From positions 21,749 to 85,748 of the forward strand of contig CAZRSF010000014.1 of assembly GCA_964602655.1 (NCBI GenBank): DNA of 64,000 bases, written 5' to 3'. The translations under genes were made by a program, and so were the position numbers. Below the pieces are notes generated by a model. The model saw only the letters and a list, made by a program, of their open reading frames with translations. It had not been told where the DNA came from and searched no databases. Numbering within the stretch: position 1 is the stretch's first letter; every line of letters starts with the position of its first letter. This stretch comes from an uncultured Candidatus Moduliflexus sp. (lineage in GTDB: Bacteria; Moduliflexota; Moduliflexia; Moduliflexales; Moduliflexaceae). Shown in pieces: positions 9,382-18,865 of this stretch.

Positions 9382-10725
9382 TCACGGTTTCGATGGACTC
9401 GGCGGCGTCTTCGTCGGCTGCGGAGGCGGTGTCGGCTGCGGCGGCTGATACGGTTGCTGCGACTCTGGTTGAGGCGTAGCAGTCGGCTCTGGCGTCACCG
9501 TTGCTTTTGGTGTGGCCGTTGCTTCTGGCGTTGGCGTCTCTTCCATCGGAGTTTCTGATGGAACCAGCGTCGGAATTTCGGTCGGCCATGGTTCGATAGT
9601 CGGTATAATCTCGATACCACCGCCTTTTGGTCCTTGGCCTTTTGGTTTTTTTACTGATGGCGGTTCGACAGGGTTTTCTTGATCGGTCGAGAGTGTGCGC
9701 GGTTGTTCTTCTGGTTGTCGCAGCGTTCGACTTTCTCCTTGTTCAGCGGCAAGCCCGAACGGCACAGATTTGAATGAACCCAGCGGGACATCTTCTCCAT
9801 TGATGATCACTTTGCCAACATGATTAAACACCATCAGAACATCCCCTTGTAATTCTCGCTGTTGGAAGGTGAACGCAGCTTTCGCGGCTTCGATTTGCAG
9901 CGCTCGTTCTGGCGAAATACCGATTGTGCCTTGTGAATTCGGTTGAATGAACACAAGCTGTGAACTCACGTCGCACATCACCGCAGAATCGCCTAAGTTT
10001 TCGATTTTCAGGAAATTATCATACAGGCCAATTAATGAAGAGATACCAGTAATAGCGTTTTCGCTGATCAAGGTAATTCGCCGCAACAGATTCTGCACGT
10101 TAACGCCGACGATTGCCCCAGGCGTGTTCAACACGAAATCCATCCCTTCTTCTCCATCAAGACGAGCGGCAACGCGAACTTCTCCCTGGCCGACCTGCTG
10201 AATATCTACTGCCCCTTGCTCTGCGATCACCAAATCGGGAACGCTTCCATCTTGAGATTTTTGGACAGTGGCTTGTGAAAATTTGACACCGACAACGACA
10301 ATTCCCGTCTCAATTTCACAGAGACTTTGCGTCAACCCAAGTTTCGTAATTTTGGCGGTAATCGTGCCGAATGCCAGAGAAATTCGCGCGATTCTGCTTT
10401 TTTCAGCCTGAGAAATCTGAAGATCTTTCAAGACAATCTGTGTGGCTTCGCCAAGCCGAAGCAGGCTGCCGTCGTCAAACCACAATTCAGTCGAACTTCC
10501 AGACATCGTACGTATCTGATCTCCGGTCTTCAAAGAGGCATCAGCGGCTAAAGGCTGCCATGACATCTCTCCTGCCATCATAACCTCAATTGTTCCATTC
10601 ATGTTTTGAGGAGTCAGCATAGCCTCAGCAGCCCCCGCTCCCAGTATACATACGAACCCTATCAGTCCAATGATTGCAACGCCCCAATGAGGCATGCGAC
10701 ACATAGCTCGAATAGTTGCCTTCAT
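9382..10725 (-). CDS. Secreted FecR-domain protein with a C-terminal Pro/Thr-rich low-complexity tail
   Basis: N-terminal signal/TM segment. The central region resembles the FecR/anti-sigma sensor domain (LWFDDGSLLRLGEATQIVL). The C-terminal ~90 aa are rich in P/T/E/Q repeats (PEPTATPQPESQQPYQPPQPTPPPQPTKTPP). Confidence 0.65.
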   Translation of the reverse strand: MKATIRAMCRMPHWGVAIIGLIGFVCILGAGAAEAMLTPQNMNGTIEVMMAGEMSWQPLAADASLKTGDQIRTMSGSSTELWFDDGSLLRLGEATQIVLKDLQISQAEKSRIARISLAFGTITAKITKLGLTQSLCEIETGIVVVGVKFSQATVQKSQDGSVPDLVIAEQGAVDIQQVGQGEVRVAARLDGEEGMDFVLNTPGAIVGVNVQNLLRRITLISENAITGISSLIGLYDNFLKIENLGDSAVMCDVSSQLVFIQPNSQGTIGISPERALQIEAAKAAFTFQQRELQGDVLMVFNHVGKVIINGEDVPLGSFKSVPFGLAAEQGESRTLRQPEEQPRTLSTDQENPVEPPSVKKPKGQGPKGGGIEIIPTIEPWPTEIPTLVPSETPMEETPTPEATATPKATVTPEPTATPQPESQQPYQPPQPTPPPQPTKTPPSPSKP

Positions 10726-11010
10726 GGTATTCTCTCCCCTCAGAATCTCGCCGCTTTTCTGAGCAGTCGAAGTTTAATATTATGTGACTTAACATCAGGC
10801 AATAGACAATATCTTTCATCCTATACTCTTTTTTTTGCGAATTGTCAAGTAATTTTACAGCGCAAACGAGAAATGTGAAGAAATTTATCAGCCCCAATTC
10901 TGAATAGCACACTTTTTTCTTGACACTTCGCCGTTTTTATACTACATACGAAATTGGCTCATGAAGATTTTTTTGAATATTATGAATTCTTTTCTTGATG
11001 TAAGGGGGAT

Positions 11011-12246
11011 ATGGCAATGAAGATCGCACGGCAATCATGTGGCAATGTTCATTTGTTAACACATTTTCTGGTCGCCGGAATTGTGTTTTGCGCGATGATC
11101 ACATCTTATGTGCCTGCCAACGGCATGTGGGTAGGCCAATCGCAAGTCAATCCGTTTATTCAAATCGAAGGAACGTATGAATCGAACATTTTCCAAACAT
11201 ATACGGATGAAGAAAGTGATTTTGTGACGGTTATCAGTCCTGGAATTCATTTTCAATATCCCACGGCAGAAGACGCTGAAATGAAATTCAGCGCAGATTA
11301 TCGCGCCGATATTAAAATGTATGGAAATGATGGCGATTCGACGATTGACCCGGATGGAGAACTCAACACGATTGAACACCGTTTAGGCGCTGACCTCTTC
11401 TTTGATCTGGCTTCTGGCGTCGAACTGGCCGCCGGATACGCGTTCAATATCACGTCTGTTGCGCCTTCAGCGCCCGGAGATAAACGCGACCCATATAAAG
11501 AACACGATCTTTCCGGTTCGGTGGCGTACACGTATGCAGATACCTATAAAGTCGAATTTGCGTATGACGGCATGTTTCGCAGCTTTGACGATACTGAAAA
11601 TACGGAAGATGATATTACGCAACATGATGCGCAGGTGATCGGTTTTTACAAACTTTCGCCCATGTTTTCCGTGCTGGCTGGCGGTAATTATGCGACGATA
11701 GATCGTGAACTTCCGTTTTTTGACAGTGATGAATTAAAAGGATATGGCGGGTTTGAGTATGAGATTACTGGCAAAACGACCGGGCGTCTGAAACTTGGTA
11801 TGGTAACACGCCAATTCGATACGGAATTGATTGATGATCCGACCGATTTTTATGCCGATGGCGTCATCTCAAGCGAATATGCCGAAGGGAGCGTCATGAA
11901 TTTTCGTTTGTTCAGAGAATATCATGACACATCAGCCACAGAACAAACCTCCGAGAACGGCGTCTATTATATCAGCTCTGGCATTGAGAGCGATATTCGC
12001 CACGCCATGCCGATGCTTCCGAATCTGTCACTGTTAGCCAATGTCGCATACAGCAAAGACATGTACGATGAAGATGTGAATAACCGCGAAGACAGCGCCT
12101 GGGAAATTGGAGCAGGGTTCGATTATAAGTTCTATAAATATATCACGCTTGGCGCAGGCTACCGCTATATTTCTGCGGATTCGAACATTGATGAGAATGA
12201 TTATACCAATAGCCTCGCGACCATCAGGCTTCGAGGAATTTTGTAA
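11011..12246 (+). CDS. Putative outer-membrane beta-barrel protein (hypothetical), immediately upstream of a Wza-like exporter
   Basis: N-terminal hydrophobic signal. Alternating hydrophobic/polar beta-strand pattern rich in Y/D/G/N. Its position next to a polysaccharide export gene suggests an exopolysaccharide-associated porin. Confidence 0.5.
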   Translation: MAMKIARQSCGNVHLLTHFLVAGIVFCAMITSYVPANGMWVGQSQVNPFIQIEGTYESNIFQTYTDEESDFVTVISPGIHFQYPTAEDAEMKFSADYRADIKMYGNDGDSTIDPDGELNTIEHRLGADLFFDLASGVELAAGYAFNITSVAPSAPGDKRDPYKEHDLSGSVAYTYADTYKVEFAYDGMFRSFDDTENTEDDITQHDAQVIGFYKLSPMFSVLAGGNYATIDRELPFFDSDELKGYGGFEYEITGKTTGRLKLGMVTRQFDTELIDDPTDFYADGVISSEYAEGSVMNFRLFREYHDTSATEQTSENGVYYISSGIESDIRHAMPMLPNLSLLANVAYSKDMYDEDVNNREDSAWEIGAGFDYKFYKYITLGAGYRYISADSNIDENDYTNSLATIRLRGIL

Positions 12247-12277
12247 GCAGAACGGTTTCCGAAGGGAGAGAACGGCC

Positions 12278-13399
12278 ATGAATGTCGTATCGTGCGTATT
12301 GCTGCTGCGGAAAATGAGCGTATCCGTGTTGATCATGGTCTGCCTGTTGTGCTGGTCATTCATCGTGTACGCTCAGAATGATGATGCCAACAAAAATTAC
12401 GTCATCGGATCAGAAGACGTGCTGGATATCAAAATCTGGGATCATGACGATCTCAGTCGCACTGTCACCGTGTCAGCAGACGGGTATTTTTCCTTCCCGC
12501 TGATCGGGCGACTCAAAGCCGGGGGATTGACGGTTCGCAGTCTTGAAACCAAGATCGCGCAATTATTGGATAAAGATTATATCGTCAATCCTCAGGTGAC
12601 AATCACTGTCTCAGATTTCAAAAGTCAAAAAGTCTTCATTTTAGGCGAAGTCAAAAGTCCCGGCGCGTATTACCTTTCGAAAAATGATACATTGCTGGAA
12701 GTCATCTCCAAAGCAGGAGGCGTCACACCGAATGCCGGACGCGAAATTATTATCGCGCGTCCGAAAAATGGAACGGCCTCGCTACAACAGCCAGCTATTC
12801 TGGATAGTGAAAATAGTCAATTGCAGCATGTGAACTTGCAGGCATTGCTGGCCGGAGATATGCAGAAAAATGTCGCCGTCCAGGATAATGATACGATCTA
12901 TGTGCCGAAAGCAAGCCAGTTTTCGGTGTTCGGCGAGGTGCAGAAGCCGGGATCATATTCATTAGAAAGCGAGACGACGATTCTGGAAGCGATCAGTATT
13001 GCTGGCGGCCCGACAGACAACGCCGATACGCAGAAATTGGAACTGTTGCGCAAAGAAGACGGGGATCAACGCAAAATCATTTTGAATATGAAAGAACTGC
13101 TGGCGGCCAGAACCGGCGACGAAGAATTCCTGATTCAAGACGGCGATGTCATCTATCAACCGCGCGCCGAATTTTTCTTTGTGATGGGTGAAGTGAATAA
13201 ACCGGGTACGTATAAATTGGAAGAAGGAACAACCGTCACGAAAGCGATCTCTTTGGCCGGTGGGTTTACTGACAAAGCAGGTAAAAAGAAGATTAAAATT
13301 CTCCGCGAAAAAGACGGCAAACAGACCGAGCATCGCGCTGACCCGAACGAATTGCTGCAACCGCAAGACATTGTTCAGGTGCCGCAAAGCCTGTTCTAA
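12278..13399 (+). CDS. Polysaccharide export outer-membrane lipoprotein (Wza/GfcE family; Poly_export + SLBB domains); the ORF opens at 12107 but the RBS-supported start is the ATG at 12278
   Basis: Signal peptide MNVVSCVLLLRKMSVSVLIMVCLL. Poly_export motif (IGSEDVLDIKIWDHDDLSRTVTVSADGYFSFPLIGRLKAGG). Repeated SLBB-like units (VFILGEVKSPGAYYL / FSVFGEVQKPGSYSL / FFVMGEVNKPGTYKL). GAAGGGAGAG lies 8 nt upstream of the ATG. Confidence 0.85.
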   Translation: MNVVSCVLLLRKMSVSVLIMVCLLCWSFIVYAQNDDANKNYVIGSEDVLDIKIWDHDDLSRTVTVSADGYFSFPLIGRLKAGGLTVRSLETKIAQLLDKDYIVNPQVTITVSDFKSQKVFILGEVKSPGAYYLSKNDTLLEVISKAGGVTPNAGREIIIARPKNGTASLQQPAILDSENSQLQHVNLQALLAGDMQKNVAVQDNDTIYVPKASQFSVFGEVQKPGSYSLESETTILEAISIAGGPTDNADTQKLELLRKEDGDQRKIILNMKELLAARTGDEEFLIQDGDVIYQPRAEFFFVMGEVNKPGTYKLEEGTTVTKAISLAGGFTDKAGKKKIKILREKDGKQTEHRADPNELLQPQDIVQVPQSLF

Positions 13400-13433
13400 A
13401 CGAAAATCACAACATCGTTCTTTTGGTTTTTAA

Positions 13434-13482
13434 ATAACGGCATTTCCTGAGTATTTATCAGGAAATGCCGTTATCATTTTGC
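13434..13482. terminator. Rho-independent terminator after the Wza-like gene (16-bp perfect stem ataacggcatttcctga / tcaggaaatgccgttat, loop gtatttat, then cattttg)
   Basis: Perfect inverted repeat 35 bp after the stop; a T-rich tail follows. Confidence 0.7.
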
Positions 13483-13907
13483 GTATGCTACTGTGCGGAT
13501 AAAATCGTTAGATCAACATCAGATCAACACACGAGTTGTCAATTTATCTTTCTTTCCAACCCCCTATAGATAACAAGTATTCCCCGTTTTAAGCGAATAG
13601 CTGATAAAAAAATATCGCATAAACTATTATAAAAAAAACACTTATAAAATCATACAGAGAAGACACTGAAAAATAAGGAGTTAGCATTAAACCCTTTCTT
13701 TACAACATGGTCGAACATAATCGGAAGTGATGAACACTTCCGAGATGCTCTCGCCGATTATGGGAGGCTACTGAAATGAAGTTCGACCATGTTGGCGATT
13801 TTCCTACTCAACGGCCTTTCTGGTTGTCTGGCGAGACGGAGCGATTCAAAACGATCTCGGGATCATGCTCCGGAAGTCCAGACGACCGGTTTGGTTCTTT
13901 CAGCCAA

Positions 13908-14999
13908 TCAATGTGTTTTGATTTCCGTCCAGATCGTATCCCACAAACGTGTTTCTTTCCCCAAATCCTGCACATATTCCAATTTTGCGGCTAACTCTGG
14001 GGATAATGCCTCTACGGTTGCGCGCAACGCCGGGTCTAACAGCGGGTACGCGGCTTTGTTCGCGGATAAAAAAAAGACTTGGTTATGAATGCGAGCGTCC
14101 ACTTCCGGCTGCAACAGGAAATTAATGAATTGATGGGCTAATTCCTTATTCTGCGCGGATACCGGTATCGCGAAATTGTCCAGAAACTTTGTGCTTCCTT
14201 CTTTGGGAATGACATATTTGATCGCCGGATTTTCTGACGCGGCGCGATAAATGTCGCCACTCCAATTATGCACGAGCCAGGCGTCGCCCGACAGCAGCAA
14301 TTGTTCGGCCTGCCCCGCTAAATATGCTTTGACCAGCGGCTTCTGTTTGAGAAGCATCTCTTTGGCGCGTTGCAATTCATCGGGATTCTTCGTATTGATC
14401 GAACTTCCTGCCAATTTCAACGCGACGCCAAGCGTTTCGCGCACATCGTCAAGCATCACGATCCGACCGTCGTATTTCGGGTCGAACAGCACGTTCCAAC
14501 TCTCCACCGGTTCGGTAATTTTGTCAGAACGATAACCGATGCCGACCGTTCCGAATGCAAACGGGATCGAATATTGATTGCCCGGATCGAACGCTTGATC
14601 CAAAAAAACAGGATCAAGATTCGCCATATTCGGCAATTTACTTTTATCGAGCGGCTCCAACAGCCCCAATTTACTCATAATTTCCACCATGTAATCCGAC
14701 GGGAAAATCACGTCGAAGCCTGTTGCGCCAGCCTGAAGCTTGGCTAATAACGTTTCGTTGCTGTCATACACATCGTAATTCACTTTGACGTCGAACGCTT
14801 TCTCGAATTCCGGGATTGTTTGCTCGTCAATATAATCGTCCCAGTTATAGATATTCAATACCTGCTTCTCCGCCGCGTTTCCCATGATCGGCAGCGCCAA
14901 CACCGCTAAAAGGCCGACAAACAACTTCGCGCATTTCTTCCGAATGTTCATGATATTTTGACGCTGGTCGCGCATACGATCAGCGACAGCCGAGCGCAT
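13908..14999 (-). CDS. potD: Spermidine/putrescine ABC transporter substrate-binding protein PotD/PotF
   Basis: Signal peptide. The PotD-family N-terminus begins LNIYNWDDYID. It is last in a potABCD-type operon. Confidence 0.88.
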   Translation of the reverse strand: MRSAVADRMRDQRQNIMNIRKKCAKLFVGLLAVLALPIMGNAAEKQVLNIYNWDDYIDEQTIPEFEKAFDVKVNYDVYDSNETLLAKLQAGATGFDVIFPSDYMVEIMSKLGLLEPLDKSKLPNMANLDPVFLDQAFDPGNQYSIPFAFGTVGIGYRSDKITEPVESWNVLFDPKYDGRIVMLDDVRETLGVALKLAGSSINTKNPDELQRAKEMLLKQKPLVKAYLAGQAEQLLLSGDAWLVHNWSGDIYRAASENPAIKYVIPKEGSTKFLDNFAIPVSAQNKELAHQFINFLLQPEVDARIHNQVFFLSANKAAYPLLDPALRATVEALSPELAAKLEYVQDLGKETRLWDTIWTEIKTH

Positions 15000-15068
15000 C
15001 CACGAGGCGTTTTTGATGAAATCCAGTCAGATTTTCGACTCCTGGTGAGGTTGGTTTCGATACAACGT

Positions 15069-15863
15069 TTATTTTCGTTCCAGGCGAGCGACGATCACAA
15101 CGGCAATAGTCGTCACCAGCAGAAAGATCGTGGAAATCGCATTCACCACAGGCGTGACGCCGAATTTGACCATCGAATAAATTTTCACCGGCAGCGTAGT
15201 GGAATTCGGCCCCTGCGTAAAAAACGTGATGACAAAATCATCAATCGAAAGCGTGAAACAGAGCAACGCGGAACTGATAATCCCCGGCGCAATCACGGGC
15301 AGCGTGACATAGAAAAATGTTTTGTAGCGGTTCGCGCCCAAATCCATCGAGGCTTCTTCCAGCGAACGATCAAAGCCGTGCAGCCGCGCCTGCACGATGA
15401 TAATCACATACGACAGGCAAAAGGCGATATGCGCAATGGTAATCGTCGCCACGCCTAACGTTCTTTTCAATAACGCAAAAAATGACAGCAGCGACACGCC
15501 GACCACGATTTCCGGGATAATCACCGGCATATACACAATCCCTTTAAAAATCGCCTTCCCGCGAAACTGATATTTGTGCATCGCCAACGCCGCCATCGTG
15601 CCGATAATCGTCGAGCCTGCGGTTGTCAGAAAAGCGATCTCCAGACTGTTTTTCAAGGCGAGCATGATGGATTGGTCGTGGAATAATTTGATAAACCAAT
15701 TGAAGGTGAATCCTTTCCAGACAATCCCGCTTTTCGCGGAATTAAAAGAAAAGATGATCAGAATAACGATAGGAAGATACAGGAAACAATACATCAAAAT
15801 CGCCCAGGCCATCAATCCCCGGCGTTTATGCGCTAATGATTCCGTTGCAAGATGATGCGCCAT
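15069..15863 (-). CDS. potC: Spermidine/putrescine ABC transporter permease PotC
   Basis: Six-TM permease with the EAA loop motif (EEASMDLGANRYKTFFYVTLP). It is adjacent to potB. Confidence 0.88.
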   Translation of the reverse strand: MAHHLATESLAHKRRGLMAWAILMYCFLYLPIVILIIFSFNSAKSGIVWKGFTFNWFIKLFHDQSIMLALKNSLEIAFLTTAGSTIIGTMAALAMHKYQFRGKAIFKGIVYMPVIIPEIVVGVSLLSFFALLKRTLGVATITIAHIAFCLSYVIIIVQARLHGFDRSLEEASMDLGANRYKTFFYVTLPVIAPGIISSALLCFTLSIDDFVITFFTQGPNSTTLPVKIYSMVKFGVTPVVNAISTIFLLVTTIAVVIVARLERK

Positions 15864-15864
15864 A

Positions 15865-16710
15865 TTATCCGATCAACTCCTCATTTCCGATAAATTTGAA
15901 CGACAGCCCCAAACCGGCCAGTACAAACACCACCAGAATAAACGTGATCGCCGCGCCGAACGGCCAATCCCGCGCCGTCAAAAATTGGTTCGTGATGAGG
16001 TTGCCCACCAACACGGTTTTTGCGCCGCCAAGCAAATCCGGAATCACGAATTCGCCGATGGTCGGAATAAAGACCAGCATCACGCCAGCGGCAATACCGG
16101 GCGCGGTCAACGGCAGCGTCACATGCAGAAATGTCTTGATACGGTTTGCGCCCAAATCCATTGAGGCTTCCAGAAGAGACGGTTGCAGCTTTTCGAGCGA
16201 GGAATACAGCGGCAGCACCATAAACGGCAGGTAGCCGTACACCATGCCGATCATAACCGATTTCATCGTGTACAGCAAATTCAACGGCTGACGAATGACC
16301 CCAATGGAAAGCAACAGCGAATTGATCAATCCCTCTTCTTGAAGAATCACGATCCACGAATAGGTGCGAATCAGGAAGTTCGTCCAGAACGGAATGATCA
16401 GGAGAATCAGCAGCAGATTTTTCCAACGAGCCGGGGCAAAGGCGATAAAATAGGCGAGCGGATATCCGCAGACAAGACAAAACATCGTCGTAAACAGGGC
16501 GATGCCCAGCGACCGCCACAAAATTTTGACATACAGCGGATCAATCGCCCGCGTATAATTTTCCAGTGTTGCCGTCCATTCGACGCCGCCATAGACGCCG
16601 CGCAGGACGAAGCTATATGCCAGGATAATGCCGAGCGGCACAAGAAAAAAAAAGAAGAGCCAGAATCCGGCGGGAAACAGCAACGCCCACAATCCGAATG
16701 ACTTTTTCAT
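15865..16710 (-). CDS. potB: Spermidine/putrescine ABC transporter permease PotB (likely start at the Met at 16710, overlapping the potA stop as ATGA; the ORF opens at 16752)
   Basis: Permease with EAA motif (EASMDLGANRIKTFLHVTLP). The ATGA start/stop overlap with potA is seen directly in the sequence. Confidence 0.85.
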   Translation of the reverse strand: MKKSFGLWALLFPAGFWLFFFFLVPLGIILAYSFVLRGVYGGVEWTATLENYTRAIDPLYVKILWRSLGIALFTTMFCLVCGYPLAYFIAFAPARWKNLLLILLIIPFWTNFLIRTYSWIVILQEEGLINSLLLSIGVIRQPLNLLYTMKSVMIGMVYGYLPFMVLPLYSSLEKLQPSLLEASMDLGANRIKTFLHVTLPLTAPGIAAGVMLVFIPTIGEFVIPDLLGGAKTVLVGNLITNQFLTARDWPFGAAITFILVVFVLAGLGLSFKFIGNEELIG

Positions 16711-17816
16711 GACGGTTCCTCTTTGATCAGCGACGTGCTTTCCGGGTCCCAACTGATGAACACGTTGTCATACCAGGTAAATTTTTGTTTGGCGGTGTGT
16801 TGGAAGTTTTGCGCAAAGACTTGAAGCCGCGTGTTATTCGAGGGAATGCGGACAAAGTAGCGCGTGTCCGTGCCGACGTACATAATGTCTTCGATCTTGC
16901 CTTGCAGGACATTGGCGGCATGTTCGGGCTTTTCTTCTGAGATGATAAATTTTTCAGGTCGAATCACGACTGTCACCGCTTCGCCCGGCGACAATGCCAA
17001 ATCGGACTTCACCCAAATATCTGCGCCCGGCGAGATAATGCGCTTCAAGCCGTTTTCACTGTTGCGATACGTACCAGCGATGAAATTGGACATCCCGATA
17101 AAGTCCGCCACGAACCGCGTCGCCGGAAATTCATAAATTTCTGTCGGCGTACCGATTTGTTCGACTTTGCCATGATTCATGACCGCGATTCGGTCGGAGA
17201 TCGTCAACGCTTCCCGCTGGTCATGGGTCACGAAAATAAAGGTGATTTTGACCTGTTCCTGAAGGTCCACCAGTTCGATCTGCATCTGTTCTCGCAGCTT
17301 TTGATCTAACGCGCCAAGCGGTTCATCCAACAGCAGCACCGACGGATGATTCACTAAGGCGCGCGCCAACGCCACGCGCTGCTGCTGCCCGCCGCTGAGC
17401 TGCGTCGTTTTGCGATGTTCCAGACCGCTTAATTTCACGGTAGCCAACGCGTCTTGCACCGCTTCCGCAATTTTCACTTTCGGCGTCCGCTTCATTTTCA
17501 GGCCGTACGCAATATTGTTATAGACCGTCATGTGCGGAAACAGCGCATAATTCTGGAACACCATATTCACATCGCGTTTATATGGCGGAACGTCGGTAAT
17601 ATCCCTGTCATCTAACAGAATAGAACCGGATGTTGGGGTTTCAAGCCCGGCAATCATGCGCAGGAGCGTGGTTTTCCCGCAGCCGCTTGGCCCAAGCAGC
17701 GAAAAAAATTCTCCCTTTGCGATTCCAAATGAGACATTATCTACGGCAATTGTCTCCGCGCCGAACATTTTTGTCACATGACGTACTTCGACCGTATGCG
17801 CCATCTCTTTCTTCAT
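16707..17816 (-). CDS. potA: Spermidine/putrescine ABC transporter ATP-binding protein PotA
   Basis: Walker A GPSGCGKTT, signature LSGGQQQRVALARAL, Walker B LLLDEP, and a C-terminal TOBE/MOP-like domain. Confidence 0.9.
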   Translation of the reverse strand: MKKEMAHTVEVRHVTKMFGAETIAVDNVSFGIAKGEFFSLLGPSGCGKTTLLRMIAGLETPTSGSILLDDRDITDVPPYKRDVNMVFQNYALFPHMTVYNNIAYGLKMKRTPKVKIAEAVQDALATVKLSGLEHRKTTQLSGGQQQRVALARALVNHPSVLLLDEPLGALDQKLREQMQIELVDLQEQVKITFIFVTHDQREALTISDRIAVMNHGKVEQIGTPTEIYEFPATRFVADFIGMSNFIAGTYRNSENGLKRIISPGADIWVKSDLALSPGEAVTVVIRPEKFIISEEKPEHAANVLQGKIEDIMYVGTDTRYFVRIPSNNTRLQVFAQNFQHTAKQKFTWYDNVFISWDPESTSLIKEEPS

Positions 17817-18090
17817 CCTTCAGAAGGGCGATCATGACAAACAAGATCGCACAAAACCCTTGATATTACAATACATTACGAATTGTGCATTCTCATCGTG
17901 TCTCATAACGTTCTGTCAATAAAAAATCATGATGACGCAAGAATTTGTTGGAAAGAACGACAAGGACGACGATAAGCAAGAATGGAGCGTATTCGCATGT
18001 ATTGGCTGAAAATGGCTTGACAAAAGAGACGTATTCCATTCTTATCCACCTGTCGCGAAAAATTCCTGTTAATCGCTTATTGGAGGAGAT

Positions 18091-18822
18091 ATGAACGATT
18101 TTTATCAAAAGAGATGCTGCTGGATCATCGGAGTTCTCATGCTGTGTTGGAGTCTTGCGTATGTGTCGGGCTGCTCGAAGGAACCGGCGACGCGGAGCAA
18201 CGTCATGAAAGGCGATCTTTTGTACGCGGCCTGGAGCGGAAACGCCACCCAGGCAGAAGCGATTCTTGCAAAAGGGGGGGACGTGAACGCTCGCGATGAA
18301 TACGAGGCGACACCGTTGATATATGCCGCTTTTCAGAATCAACCAGGCGTGATGGCTGTATTGCTGAAGCACAACGCGGATGCGAATGCGCAGGATCAAA
18401 TACGAATTACCGCATTGATGCAGGCCGCGCGCTATAATAATTCGCCGGAATGCACTCAGTTGCTCTTGGCGTATCACGCCGATACAGAAATTCGCGACCG
18501 TTCCGGCAATACGGCCTTAATTTTCGCAGCATCCGGTGGAAACCCTCTGATTATTCGTCAATTGATAGCGCGCGGAGCAGCGATGAACGTTCAAAATTCA
18601 GGAGGATTGACTCCACTCATGGCGGCAGTTCGGCTGAAAAAATATGAGGTGGTTCGTCAACTCCTCGTCGCGGGAGCAGATGTCAGTCTGATGATGCTCG
18701 ACGGCAACACGGCATGGGATATCGCAGAGGAAATAGGCCACGACGACATTCTTGCGCTGCTGAGGGTCTTTGGAGCAACAGAGCCGTTGCCATTCGGCCT
18801 GAACGCGTTGATGCGGTTATAA
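18091..18822 (+). CDS. Ankyrin-repeat lipoprotein
   Basis: Signal peptide with lipobox VSGC. Five to six ankyrin repeats (TPLIYAAFQNQPGVMAVLLKHNADANAQD..., GNTALIFAASGGNPLIIRQLIARGAAMNVQN..., LTPLMAAVRLKKYEVVRQLLVAGADV). Confidence 0.8.
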   Translation: MNDFYQKRCCWIIGVLMLCWSLAYVSGCSKEPATRSNVMKGDLLYAAWSGNATQAEAILAKGGDVNARDEYEATPLIYAAFQNQPGVMAVLLKHNADANAQDQIRITALMQAARYNNSPECTQLLLAYHADTEIRDRSGNTALIFAASGGNPLIIRQLIARGAAMNVQNSGGLTPLMAAVRLKKYEVVRQLLVAGADVSLMMLDGNTAWDIAEEIGHDDILALLRVFGATEPLPFGLNALMRL

Positions 18823-18865
18823 AAAAAGAGGCATCGGATTGCTCCGATGCCTAAACAGAGAAGAT

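Noticed and set aside
9400-9700. Repetitive Pro/Thr-rich DNA as a possible CRISPR or tandem-repeat array
   Set aside because: It is in frame within the FecR-domain protein C-terminus. There is no repeat-spacer periodicity, and no cas genes or CRISPR-like direct repeats anywhere in the window.
14958-15458. 166-aa plus-strand ORF across the potD/potC junction
   Set aside because: It is antisense to potC and potD and has basic low-complexity composition.
15881-16519. 212-aa minus-strand ORF in an alternate frame inside potB
   Set aside because: It overlaps the potB frame, which carries the EAA permease motif. Arg-rich shadow composition.
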